Assembly: GCA_041500865.1 (NCBI GenBank)
Contig: JBGQMY010000002.1
Span: 1,982 to 65,981, forward strand
Reading direction: 5' to 3'
Length of the DNA: 64,000 bases
From: Candidatus Micrarchaeia archaeon
GTDB taxonomy: Archaea; Micrarchaeota; Micrarchaeia; Anstonellales; J096
Shown here: positions 38,247-47,349 of the stretch, piece by piece
Layout: each line of letters begins with the position of its first letter
Position numbering within the stretch: the first letter of the stretch is position 1
Position numbers and translations under genes: made by a program
Notes under the pieces: model-generated
The model's input: the letters and a program-made list of their open reading frames with translations, nothing else
The model's database searches: none
Told to the model about the DNA's origin: nothing

Positions 38247-38993
38247 ATGATTGCAGAGGCGCTTGTTGCCACGTTCGTCGTAAGCATGATATCCCTTGTC
38301 GGCGTTGCTCTCCTTGTTTTGAAAAAGGAGGCGCTGGACAATGCCCTTTTCTACATACTGAGCTTTGCGACAGGCACGATGCTTGGCGCGGCGTTCCTTG
38401 ACCTGCTGCCCGAATCCGTAGGAGGCATAAAGGCAACTGCCGCTTTCGCGATGGTCCTTGCCGGCATCATGCTGTTCTTCATATTGGAGCGCTTTGTGCA
38501 CTGGCACCACGCGCACCACAGCGACCATCCGGCAAATGAGAAGCCGCTTGCATACCTTTCGCTGCTCGGCGATGCGCTCCACAACTTCTTTGACGGGGTC
38601 GCGATAGCCGCAAGCTTCGCCGCATCGTCCGCAACAGGGATTGCGACCACAATAGCCATAATAATGCACGAGATACCGCAGGAGCTGGGCGATTTCACGT
38701 TGCTGCTGTATGGCGGCTTTTCCGTCAAAAAGGCGCTTTTGTCCAACCTGCTTGTGGCGTTTACGGCGTTTTTGGGCGTGTTCGCGTTCTTCTGGCTGGC
38801 ATCCTATATTGAGAACCTGGACTTTTACGGCATGGCGCTTGCCGCAGGCAGCTTCATATACATAGCCGGAAGCGACCTTATCCCGGAATTGCACAAGGAA
38901 ACCAAGACCGGCAGGTCCATCATCCAGCTTGTTGCGGTTGTTGCAGGGATATTGACCATATGGCTGCTGATATCCGCGCTGGGCGCAGCATGA
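38247..38993 (+). CDS. zupT: ZIP-family divalent metal transporter (ZupT-like).
   Basis: HNFFDG and HEIPQELGDF ZIP signature motifs. 8 TM segments. Confidence 0.8.
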   Translation: MIAEALVATFVVSMISLVGVALLVLKKEALDNALFYILSFATGTMLGAAFLDLLPESVGGIKATAAFAMVLAGIMLFFILERFVHWHHAHHSDHPANEKPLAYLSLLGDALHNFFDGVAIAASFAASSATGIATTIAIIMHEIPQELGDFTLLLYGGFSVKKALLSNLLVAFTAFLGVFAFFWLASYIENLDFYGMALAAGSFIYIAGSDLIPELHKETKTGRSIIQLVAVVAGILTIWLLISALGAA

Positions 38994-39057
38994 AGCGGAA
39001 AATGGGCATTCCAAGTCTGCGAAGCATTTAAAAACACAATCAGGCAATCCCATAAGC

Positions 39058-41070
39058 ATGAAAAAGCTATTCGCGCTACTTGCAGTTTTGTTCATAACGG
39101 CCTCTTTCGGCATCAGCATGGACCAGTACCTACACAATGGGGAAAACCTGACGGGCAGGAACTTCAACGTAAGCGGGACAAACTACACCCTTTACTCCAT
39201 AGGCGGCAGCGAGACGTTCCTGGTTGACAAGGACAAGGACGTGCTCATAACGGACGGGAGCCAGATAAGCTCCGTCATAAAAAGCTATTATACCGCAGCA
39301 TACATGCTGACCCCGAAGGACAAGGCGGACATACTGGCGCTGCTTGATGCGTTCAACGCATCGAGGAATGACGGCCAGATAGGGACTGCGGGAAGGTCCG
39401 GCATGGAGGAGTACGAATGCAGGAACCTGATGGCGGTCGGCGTCAGCAACCAGATAAGGAACGGGGACCCGGACTTCAACCTGCAGCTCATAAGCGACAA
39501 CCTGGACCACATGGCGATATACATATCCAACGACTGGATACAGGGGGGGACGTACGGCGACGCCAACGAGCTGAAGAAGGTGATGTCGTCGTTCTTCAAC
39601 GCCACGTTCAAGCTGGACAAGGAGCTGATGACGACAAGGGCGGCGATAGACGGCATAAGCGAGAATGATGCGTATTCCACGCTTGAGGGCGCGAAGCAGA
39701 GCATAGACAGGATGTACGCCTACAAGACTGCGCTTGAGAAGACCTTGCTCAGGCTGCCGAAAACCTATGGCGAATGCCCCGACTGCCTGGGCATATGCTA
39801 CTATATAGAGATGAACGTGACCGCGCTGGACCAGGCCAAGGCGAAGGTGGCCGCTGCGGAGGCCAAGGCAAAGAACCTGAGCGACACGTCCACGATAGCG
39901 GACCGCATAACGAAGACGACGGAGGAAAGGATACAGTTCGTGAAGGACAAGGACCTCGCGTCATACTACAGCATAAAGATGAGCTCCATCGCGAGCTACT
40001 GGGACAGCACGTTCCCGGCAATCAACGCAAGCCTTGCGCTGATAGACAACCCGTCGCTTGACAGCAAGGTATCCACCATAAATGGGAACATTGCCTCAAT
40101 GAACGCATCCATCCAGGCGCTGTCGCTGGACGGAATCGACAAGAAGTTCAATGAAACGAGCGGCCTGATAGCCGGCGCGCAAAGCACGGCGCTGGAGGAT
40201 GTCCAGCTTTACGGCGCGCTGCTCAACGCCTCGGCGGAGGCGGACAGGGTTGCGCTGCTTTCAAAGGACAACAGCGTAATAGCCGCGAAGCAGCAGCTTG
40301 ACGCGCTGATGACAATCCCGGTAGGCTATGGCACCGCGGTCCAGCTCATTGCGAATTACACGGCGCTGGCAAACCAGTCGGCCAACGTGACAAGCAGGGA
40401 CCTGGGCCTGAGCGACCAAGGCAGCTTGATTGCCGCAAGGACGATAAACGGGTTTTACATCCCGCTCAACCTTGTGGAAAGGGGCTCCATAAAGCCCTAT
40501 GACAATTATGCGATAATGTCGGCGCCGGCCCTCATAGCGATAAGCCTGTGCGCGCTGATAGCGATGTTCACGATAAGCTCCTACAGCGGGGCGAAAAGGA
40601 GCTACAGCAAGGGCAGGGTCGTGATGCTGTCGCTTGCGCCCGGCATTGTGCTGATGATGGTCGTTGTCGCGCTCTCAAGCGCCATGTACCTTTTCACGTC
40701 CAGCATCGAGGACTCCAAGGGCCCGCTCATGTTCATGGACTACACGCATGGCAAGCCGGTCTACATAGTGGCCAACACCGCGGACGCGAATTCCGCCATG
40801 GCGAAGTGCGCCAGCGAGATAGGGGCTGCGATGAACAAGAGCGGCGCTTATGTCACTTTTGCCACGTATGACGGCGCAGTTTGCACCCTCAACGGCAAGA
40901 AATACGCGACAGACTGCGCAAACAAGATAAATGACGCAACCATATCGCTTTCAAGCGGCAACTATTCCATAAACTCAAGGCTTTTCCTGGTCCCGACGCT
41001 TGAAGTCAAGGGAAGCGACGCAGACTTCGCCAGGTGCGCCATAGCAAAGCTCTATGAGCTGGAAAAATGA
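39058..41070 (+). CDS. Hypothetical 670-aa secreted or membrane protein. Signal peptide, coiled-coil stretches and C-terminal TM segments.
   Basis: MKKLFALLAVLFITASFGIS signal. Hydrophobic segments near residues 500-560. No known motif. Confidence 0.5.
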   Translation: MKKLFALLAVLFITASFGISMDQYLHNGENLTGRNFNVSGTNYTLYSIGGSETFLVDKDKDVLITDGSQISSVIKSYYTAAYMLTPKDKADILALLDAFNASRNDGQIGTAGRSGMEEYECRNLMAVGVSNQIRNGDPDFNLQLISDNLDHMAIYISNDWIQGGTYGDANELKKVMSSFFNATFKLDKELMTTRAAIDGISENDAYSTLEGAKQSIDRMYAYKTALEKTLLRLPKTYGECPDCLGICYYIEMNVTALDQAKAKVAAAEAKAKNLSDTSTIADRITKTTEERIQFVKDKDLASYYSIKMSSIASYWDSTFPAINASLALIDNPSLDSKVSTINGNIASMNASIQALSLDGIDKKFNETSGLIAGAQSTALEDVQLYGALLNASAEADRVALLSKDNSVIAAKQQLDALMTIPVGYGTAVQLIANYTALANQSANVTSRDLGLSDQGSLIAARTINGFYIPLNLVERGSIKPYDNYAIMSAPALIAISLCALIAMFTISSYSGAKRSYSKGRVVMLSLAPGIVLMMVVVALSSAMYLFTSSIEDSKGPLMFMDYTHGKPVYIVANTADANSAMAKCASEIGAAMNKSGAYVTFATYDGAVCTLNGKKYATDCANKINDATISLSSGNYSINSRLFLVPTLEVKGSDADFARCAIAKLYELEK

Positions 41071-41549
41071 GGGTCTTGATGGACGCGAAGGACGCAGCCG
41101 TTGTCTTAGGGGCGATAATACTGGCCGCATGCCTTTACTGGTATTTTTATTACTACACGGCAAGCAGGGACTACTTCTTCGGCAGGGCGGACGTTTCTTA
41201 CGCTGACGCGAACGCGCAGCTGCAGTCCGCCGGGTCGGTATGCATCGTGGAGAACATAAGCGGCGTGCCTGACCCGGCAAGGATGAACATCATGAACTGC
41301 GGCATAGACTTCGCGGCATCGCTGGGCGGCATAAAGGGCGTGGACGCATACGTGCTTGAGGGCGAGAACTGCACCAGCATGTCAGGGCTGCAGGCAATCT
41401 CCGGCTGCGCAAGGGAAATCCACACCAAGGGATGCTACATCCTCTATATAGGGAGCAACGAAACCGGGCCGAGGACTCTGGACGGCCTTACATACGTCCC
41501 GGTAGGCAGTGTTTACCAGAACATGAGCTGCTCAATAAAGGTAAGCTGA
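41067..41549 (+). CDS. Small Cys-containing membrane or secreted protein. Its start overlaps the upstream gene by 4 nt (ATGA).
   Basis: TM helix VVLGAIILAACLYWYFYYY and 8 Cys. Start/stop overlap suggests an operon with the 39058 gene. Confidence 0.4.
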   Translation: MRVLMDAKDAAVVLGAIILAACLYWYFYYYTASRDYFFGRADVSYADANAQLQSAGSVCIVENISGVPDPARMNIMNCGIDFAASLGGIKGVDAYVLEGENCTSMSGLQAISGCAREIHTKGCYILYIGSNETGPRTLDGLTYVPVGSVYQNMSCSIKVS

Positions 41550-41603
41550 ACCAATCAAGGCTGCATGGCAATTATAAGAACTGCGCAATGCAGATAAAGC
41601 TAA

Positions 41604-42827
41604 TCAGTATTTCAGTATCGCTCCTATCCCGCCGAAGCCGTTCAGGAACTGCTGGCCTTCGGAGGTGTTCACGCTTATGACCTCGACGCGGATGCCCGCC
41701 TTCCTGCAAATCTCTATGATGTATTCTGCTATTGGCGCAACATCGATTTGGTTCATCAATGAGCCGCATTTTGGGCATGTTATGGTCTTTTCAGAAAGGT
41801 CTTTCTCAAAAGTTCTTGATTCTTCGGTATCGCAGGACGGGCACTTGTAATGAACGACTGAGAACGGCGCCTCTTCCGAAACAAGGACAAGCGATGCCCT
41901 TTTCGTGGCTATGGCGTCCAGCGTCTGGGAAAGGCCGTAGACCGCCTTCTCCGACTTTATTATGGTCTTCATGAATTCGTCAAAGAACTTTTTCTCCTTC
42001 ACGGCCTCCTGGCCCGCTATCAGGTCGCCTGCCTTTGCCAAAACCTCCCTTGCCCCGTGCTCGTCAACATAGCCGGTGTCAACAACGCCAAGCACTTTCA
42101 GCTGGTAATTGAACGTGTTCTGCTTCAAAAAATACTCCTTTATCGGCCCTGGCCCTCCAACAATCACGCCTTTCACTTTGCCGAGAAAAAGGGAATCCAT
42201 TGCTTCCCCGACTTTCTTGTGGTAATATTCCTTGCCTTCCTCAATAAGACGGGAATATCTGTTGGCGGATTGGCCCCCGCCCTTAATCTTTGAATGGCCC
42301 AGATTGTGAATCTTGTCAACAACGCGCAATTCAGTTCCCTGCAATATCGCAAGCGTTGCGTCGCTGCCGTCAAGCACGACGATGCCGTATGCGTCCCTGT
42401 TGTTTATCATCTTCTCGAGCGGCTCAAGCCAGAAGATGGAGTCGCATCGGTACATGTTGGTCTCAAGCCTGTTTATGGGCTCGAAGTAGAACGTCTTCAT
42501 ATCCGTTCGTGAAGGGTCGTCCGAAAGGTTGCCGGAAAATATCACAAGGCCGTTTTTTGGCGTCTTGCGGAATCCTTTCAGCACATTGACAATCCGCTCA
42601 AGCGCGTCCTGCACGTTGTTGCGCGTCTGCTTGCTCTTTATGTTGCCTGCCTGGTTGATTTCCTCCCTTATCCTGCCAGAAACCTCGTTTATTGGATAGT
42701 CGGCTGAAACGTAGACTGAAACAAGCTGGGTTCCGGCGCCCCGGTATGCCTTGAGCTTCCTTAGCGTCTTTCGGAACTCATAAAGCTGGTCTGAGGCTAT
42801 CTCCGGCTCCGGCATGGAATCACTCAA
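41604..42827 (-). CDS. prf1: Peptide chain release factor aRF1 (eRF1 family).
   Basis: NIKS motif (GNIKSKQTR), GGQ motif (KIKGGGQSANRY), C-terminal FGGIGAILKY. A CxxC..CxxC insert lies in the C-domain. Confidence 0.9.
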   Translation of the reverse strand: MSDSMPEPEIASDQLYEFRKTLRKLKAYRGAGTQLVSVYVSADYPINEVSGRIREEINQAGNIKSKQTRNNVQDALERIVNVLKGFRKTPKNGLVIFSGNLSDDPSRTDMKTFYFEPINRLETNMYRCDSIFWLEPLEKMINNRDAYGIVVLDGSDATLAILQGTELRVVDKIHNLGHSKIKGGGQSANRYSRLIEEGKEYYHKKVGEAMDSLFLGKVKGVIVGGPGPIKEYFLKQNTFNYQLKVLGVVDTGYVDEHGAREVLAKAGDLIAGQEAVKEKKFFDEFMKTIIKSEKAVYGLSQTLDAIATKRASLVLVSEEAPFSVVHYKCPSCDTEESRTFEKDLSEKTITCPKCGSLMNQIDVAPIAEYIIEICRKAGIRVEVISVNTSEGQQFLNGFGGIGAILKY

Positions 42828-42831
42828 AAAA

Positions 42832-43389
42832 TCAAAGCGTCGTCTTAAGCATCCGCCTTATCTCCTTTATGGCCTTCTCTATCTTGTCAAGCGACTTCGC
42901 GCCTGCTATGATGATTTTGCCGTTCTTGAAAGCCAAAAGCGAAACGCCGAGCTCCCTTATCTTGATTATGGCGCCGGGGAACTGCTCAGGCTCGTACTCT
43001 ATGTCAGGCAGCATCATGGCAACCTTGAACAGGTCCAGGTCCATGTGCAGGTCCGCGCTGGCGACGATATTCGTCAAGTCGTATTTCGGGTCCTCAAGGT
43101 CGTAATTTTTCCTTTTTTCGGCATACGGCTTGAGCAGGCCGTAAACCTTCCTTATGGCCTTTGCTATGAGCTCCCTTGTCCTGCACCCGACCACGACGAT
43201 TTTGCCGTTCTTGAAAATCAGGATTGTGGCTTTAGGCTCGTTGAACTTGAGTATTGCGCCGGGAAACTGCTCAGGCTCGTACTCTATGTTCTTGAAGTTT
43301 GTCGTTAATTCGTAAAGGTCAAGCGTTAGCCCAAGGTCTGTTGACGCGACCAGGTTGGTGACAGTATAAATTTCCTTCTGCTCTGCCAT
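42832..43389 (-). CDS. tbp: TATA-box-binding protein.
   Basis: Two direct repeats (TNLVASTDLGLTLDL.. / TNIVASADLHMDLDL.., each followed by ..YEPEQFPGAI..). The ATG at 43389 (MAEQKEIY) is preferred over the track start at 43464. TTTTAAAT box about 30 nt upstream. Confidence 0.9.
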   Translation of the reverse strand: MAEQKEIYTVTNLVASTDLGLTLDLYELTTNFKNIEYEPEQFPGAILKFNEPKATILIFKNGKIVVVGCRTRELIAKAIRKVYGLLKPYAEKRKNYDLEDPKYDLTNIVASADLHMDLDLFKVAMMLPDIEYEPEQFPGAIIKIRELGVSLLAFKNGKIIIAGAKSLDKIEKAIKEIRRMLKTTL

Positions 43390-43399
43390 TATTATCACC

Positions 43400-44900
43400 A
43401 TTCTTTTAATGGTTTTTATATCATTTAAAAGGGCAAGGTTTATAAAGTGACATCCTCCCAGCACTCTCTAAAGTGCTTGGGTTCCAGCCTCTATTTCAAG
43501 GCGTTTAGTTCCTGCTTCAGCGAAATGTCTTGCAGTTTCATTGCAGAAACCACAGAGGGCATATCTCCACAGGCGTGACTTTCCGCCAGTCCGGCGGTAG
43601 CTCGCTTGAGTATGTTCATTGCCGCGTTCACGTCCCTGTCCTCTGAATATCCGCAATTGAGGCATTTATATGTCCTTACCCCCAATGGCATCTCCTGGAC
43701 GTGCCCGCACTTATTGCATTCCCTTGACGTATTCTCTGGATTCACCTCTATTAGCTCGCAACCAGCGCTTCGAGCCTTGTATGCGAGCATTCCCCTGTAC
43801 GTGCTCCAGCCTGCGTCCGATATCGACTTCGCAAGGCAATGGTTCTTCACCATGTTCTTGACCTTTAGTTTTTCGACCGCTATCTTTCCGTATGAGTTGA
43901 CCTGCTTCCTTGAAAGCTTGTGAAGAAAGTCAAACTTCTGGTTGACGATTCTCTCTTCCAATCTCGCTTTTCTCCGTCTTGCTCTTCTTCTGTTCCTGCT
44001 GTTTGGCTTTTTTCTTGAGACCCTGCGGCTAAGCAGTTTGAGCCTTTTCTCTGATTTCCTTAAGAACTTAGGAGGATTTATCTTTTCGCCATTTGAAAGG
44101 GTTGCGAAACTTGTCAAACCAACGTCTATGCCTATCGCTTCCTTGTTATTGCTTTCAAACGCCTTTTCAGGCACTTCGTTTGAGAATCCGACATACCACT
44201 TTCTTGATGGATACTGTTTTATGACGCATGTTTTTATCGTGCCTTTCGGCGGTCTGTGCATAACGATTGGTATGTTTCCTATGTTTGAGAGATGAAGCCT
44301 TTTGCTGTTTTTGAACTTGAATCCTGACTGGGGATATGTTAGAGAACATGCATGCTTCTTTATCCTTGGAAATCCGACCTTTATCCTTTTTCCTGCTTTC
44401 TTCCCTTTAACGCGCCTGAAGAACGCCTTGTACGAGTCTCCCAACCTCTTTGATACATTCTGTGCTACTTGGGAATAAAGTTCCTGGAATTGCGGCTGCT
44501 CCCTCTTTAACTGTATGATATGCTTGTTCATATCAATCTCCGAAAGCGTTTTCCCTGTTTCCTTGTAATACGACTTTGACTTTTCAAAAAGTAGGTTATA
44601 CAGTTCCTTTGCCAGCTGCATCTGCCTGTTTAAGCGGAAAACCTGTTTCCCAGACGGATATATTCTATACTTATATCCTAGCATGCTTGCATCTTTCTGG
44701 CCTCGTTTATAAACGTGGGCAGACCTTATTGCCAGAACCCTATTTGTGCACTTTTCATCCCGCTTTTGGAAGGCATAGACATTCTTAGTGTACCGAAAAA
44801 CCGAGTTTTGTTGTGACAATGACGATAAGTCAATTCATTCCCGGGTTAAAACCCAGGAATTTCTTGTCCAGCATGTTTAAAAATATTTCTCTCTAACTTC
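43400..44900 (-). mobile_element. Solo IS200/IS605-family (IS1341/ISC-type) element carrying only tnpB. The ends are approximate.
   Basis: tnpB ORF with no tnpA (Y1 transposase) nearby. Hairpins at both flanks (43457-43481 and 44833-44861). Inserted between tbp and rpl21e. Confidence 0.5.
43491..44684 (-). CDS. tnpB: TnpB (OrfB) RNA-guided nuclease/transposase accessory protein of the IS200/IS605 family.
   Basis: N-terminal YKYRIYPSGKQ, RuvC-like core, C-terminal zinc finger CNKCGHVQEMPLGVRTYKCLNCGYSEDRDVNAAMNI. The track start at 44819 is a TTG. The first ATG (MLGYKYRIYP) is at 44684. Confidence 0.85.
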   Translation of the reverse strand: MLGYKYRIYPSGKQVFRLNRQMQLAKELYNLLFEKSKSYYKETGKTLSEIDMNKHIIQLKREQPQFQELYSQVAQNVSKRLGDSYKAFFRRVKGKKAGKRIKVGFPRIKKHACSLTYPQSGFKFKNSKRLHLSNIGNIPIVMHRPPKGTIKTCVIKQYPSRKWYVGFSNEVPEKAFESNNKEAIGIDVGLTSFATLSNGEKINPPKFLRKSEKRLKLLSRRVSRKKPNSRNRRRARRRKARLEERIVNQKFDFLHKLSRKQVNSYGKIAVEKLKVKNMVKNHCLAKSISDAGWSTYRGMLAYKARSAGCELIEVNPENTSRECNKCGHVQEMPLGVRTYKCLNCGYSEDRDVNAAMNILKRATAGLAESHACGDMPSVVSAMKLQDISLKQELNALK

Positions 44901-44938
44901 TCTCTAAAAGGAATACATACAATACAGGTGTTCAGCAT

Positions 44939-45217
44939 ATGGCAAAACGAAGCAGGGGTACGCTAAGCAGCCACACGAGGAATCTCTCAAAAAAGAAGAC
45001 ACTGACAGTGAACGACTACATCAAGGGATTTGCCGTCGGAGACAGGGTGACGATAGACCAGCACGCGATGTTCAGCGGCGCGATGCCCCACATGAGGTAC
45101 AAGGGCAAGGCAGGCACCGTGCTTGAGGTAAGGGGCAAGAGCTACGTGGTTGAGATAGCCGATGGCGGGATAAGGAAGAAGATAATATCCAGCCCGGTTC
45201 ATATAAGGAAGGTGTGA
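44939..45217 (+). CDS. rpl21e: Large-subunit ribosomal protein L21e.
   Basis: MAKRSRGTLSSHTRNLSKK... with GDRVTIDQH and KGKAGTV, a typical L21e. Confidence 0.85.
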   Translation: MAKRSRGTLSSHTRNLSKKKTLTVNDYIKGFAVGDRVTIDQHAMFSGAMPHMRYKGKAGTVLEVRGKSYVVEIADGGIRKKIISSPVHIRKV

Positions 45218-45528
45218 TTATGGAAAAGAAGGGCGAAAAACCCGTAACGTCGGCAGAGGTTGCCTCGCACGTTGAAAAAGAGCTGTCTGGCGAGCCGACG
45301 TACATGGAGGACATGGTCATAAAGCACGGAAAGGAGATGCTGCCGCGCAAGACCGCGAATGAGAAGGCAGGGGAGCTTGGGGCGCTCGTGGGCGCAAAGG
45401 CCGCAGTGAAGATAGCGGACGTCAATCCGATTTCCGTTGAGACGGTCAAGGCAATACTGGCCGGCATCGGCGAGAAGGCGGACGAGAAGACGCTGGAAAA
45501 GATAATGGGCATAATGAGAGGCAAGTAA
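45214..45528 (+). CDS. rpoF: Probable RNA polymerase subunit Rpo4/F (RpoF).
   Basis: About 100-aa acidic helical protein in the conserved archaeal rpl21e-rpoF-DUF655 neighbourhood. Its start overlaps the rpl21e stop by 4 nt. The sequence alone is weak evidence. Confidence 0.45.
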   Translation: MIMEKKGEKPVTSAEVASHVEKELSGEPTYMEDMVIKHGKEMLPRKTANEKAGELGALVGAKAAVKIADVNPISVETVKAILAGIGEKADEKTLEKIMGIMRGK

Positions 45529-45529
45529 A

Positions 45530-46081
45530 ATGGAAGAGTACGCCTTCGTGATAGACTACATACCGTACGGGGACAGGAGCTCAGGCTCGTCCGTAGTCCA
45601 GCTCGTGGGCGAAAAGTTCTTTGTCCTGCTTGACGCGGTCGTCAAGGAAAACGTGCCCATAGCGGTGGGCGACAAGGTCTACGTGGGCAAGGACCTGGAC
45701 AAAAGGGACAAGATAAAGAAGATAAGGGAAAGGATATTCCACGACCGGCTGACTGTTTCCGCGACCCAGAACATGGTTGATGTCTTGAAGAGGATGGTGC
45801 TTGCCGACAGCGCGAAATACGTCGATTTCATAAACCACTGCGGACCGATATCCATAAGGGTGCACCAGCTCGAGCTGATACCCGGCATAGGCAAGAAGAA
45901 CATAAAGCTCATACTTGAGGAAAGGGAGAAGAAGCCGTTCGAGTCTTTTGACGACATAAGGGTGCGGGTGCACTCATGGCTTGACCCGGTCGGAAGCATA
46001 GCGGAAAGGATAAGGAACGAGATAATCGGCAGCGAGAGGTACAACCTCTTCGTGACGCAGCCGCCGAAGGAAGCAATCTGA
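45530..46081 (+). CDS. DUF655-family conserved archaeal protein (OB-like plus HhH, putative RNA/DNA binding).
   Basis: HhH motif LIPGIGKKNIKLILEER. Position after rpl21e-rpoF as in many archaea. Confidence 0.55.
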   Translation: MEEYAFVIDYIPYGDRSSGSSVVQLVGEKFFVLLDAVVKENVPIAVGDKVYVGKDLDKRDKIKKIRERIFHDRLTVSATQNMVDVLKRMVLADSAKYVDFINHCGPISIRVHQLELIPGIGKKNIKLILEEREKKPFESFDDIRVRVHSWLDPVGSIAERIRNEIIGSERYNLFVTQPPKEAI

Positions 46082-46112
46082 TTTTTAAACACTTATTCAC
46101 ACAGTAAGCGCA
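46053..46112 (+). repeat. Copy 1 of a roughly 60-bp direct repeat (3' end of the DUF655 gene plus the TTTTTAAACA promoter plus the ankyrin ATG).
   Basis: GTGACGCAGCCGCCGAAGGAAGCAATCTGATTTTTAAACACTTATTCACACAGTAAGCGCATGG. Confidence 0.8.
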
Positions 46113-46732
46113 TGGTCCAAAAAGAAATGCCAGAAAAGGGGAAACTGGTTTTAGGCGCAAGTAAAAAGCCCGCCGCGAAGGCAGGAAAACCGGCTTACAA
46201 AGCGGATATCCTGCCAAGCGGAAAAATGGCGTTATCCAAGAAAGAGCAGAAACGGTTCGATGACAATCTCCGGAATGCCGTCATATATGAAAACGTTTTT
46301 GGTGTATTGCGGTTCATCAAGTCAGGCGCAGACATGAATGCAGGGGACGACTGTGGCCTGACGGCGCTCATGCTCGCCGCATCCAAAGGAAACGCCCAAA
46401 TCTGCAAACTGCTGGTTAAGAAGGGCGCGGATGTTGACGTGAGGGACAACACAAACCGGACGGCGCTCATGGTTGCCGCACAGCGGAAGCATGCCGACAT
46501 CTGCAGGCTGCTGGTTGAAAATGGCGCTGAGGTGCTGGCAAGGGACTGGCATGAAAGAACTGTGCTGCATTATGCTGCAGCAGGAAGGCTAAGCGGCATA
46601 TGCACGCTGCTGATCAAGAAAGGCGCGGACGTGAATGCAACGGACAGGGATAAGAGGACCGCGCTCGATATCGCCCTAGAATCCGGCCACACGGAAATCG
46701 CCGACCTTCTGCAAAAGAAGATGAAAAAGTGA
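46112..46732 (+). CDS. Ankyrin-repeat protein with Lys-rich leader and no C-terminal FREC tail.
   Basis: ANK repeats. TTTTTAAACA box 28 nt upstream. Confidence 0.8.
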   Translation: MVQKEMPEKGKLVLGASKKPAAKAGKPAYKADILPSGKMALSKKEQKRFDDNLRNAVIYENVFGVLRFIKSGADMNAGDDCGLTALMLAASKGNAQICKLLVKKGADVDVRDNTNRTALMVAAQRKHADICRLLVENGAEVLARDWHERTVLHYAAAGRLSGICTLLIKKGADVNATDRDKRTALDIALESGHTEIADLLQKKMKK

Positions 46733-46812
46733 GGCATATGCAGAGACTGCGGCGTACCTCAAGTCCTTGGAAACCAAGAAAGAATAGAAATGTCCGTTTT
46801 CAGGACATTTGT

Positions 46813-46872
46813 GACGCAGCCGCCGAAGGAAGCAATCTGATTTTTAAACACTTCTTCACACACTAGGCGCAT
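46813..46872 (+). repeat. Copy 2 of the roughly 60-bp direct repeat. It carries a relic of the last 10 codons of the DUF655 gene together with the promoter.
   Basis: TGTGACGCAGCCGCCGAAGGAAGCAATCTGATTTTTAAACACTTCTTCACACACTAGGCGCATGG, about 57/60 identical to 46053-46112. Confidence 0.8.
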
Positions 46873-47290
46873 GGCTCAGGAAACAAGGACGGCAAAAAAG
46901 AAACTGCTTTCATGCGCAAAGAAACCGGCGCATGAATTAGCGACAGAAGGGGCAAGGAAGACGCTCAGCGCGGATATGCAGGCACGGATAGAAAAATTGC
47001 TTGTTGGGCTGGTCGCACAGGGAGATAAGGACGAGCTGACTAATCAGATAGCAAGGCTGGAAAAGGCAGGCGTTGACGTAAAGCAGATAATAAACGCAAG
47101 CGACACGGACGGCAGGACTGCGCTGATGCATGCCGCAGCAGAGGGCCGTACCGAAACATGCAAACTGCTCATAAGCAAAGGCGCCGACATAAACAAAGGG
47201 GACAGTTTTGGCTGGACCGCGTCCATGGTTGCCGGACATTACGGGCGTAAGGAAACTGAGGCATACCTCAAGTCCGTTGAATCCAAGTAA
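46871..47290 (+). CDS. Short ankyrin-repeat protein (tandem paralog).
   Basis: ANK repeats DGRTALMHAAAEGRTETCKLLISKGADIN. Confidence 0.8.
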   Translation: MAQETRTAKKKLLSCAKKPAHELATEGARKTLSADMQARIEKLLVGLVAQGDKDELTNQIARLEKAGVDVKQIINASDTDGRTALMHAAAEGRTETCKLLISKGADINKGDSFGWTASMVAGHYGRKETEAYLKSVESK

Positions 47291-47349
47291 AGATGGCCTG
47301 GCAGCCGGGCCCACTCAGCTTTTTAATCCATTAAGCCCAATTGCTTTCA

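Noticed and set aside
44817-44819. Track start codon of tnpB. There are similar cases at 47341, 63988, 35860, 21545, 38020, 5767 and 43464.
   Set aside because: The codon at 44817-44819 is TTG. The track uses alternative starts, so these 5' ends are maximal-ORF artefacts. The first ATG positioned 22-30 nt after a TTTAAA box was preferred.
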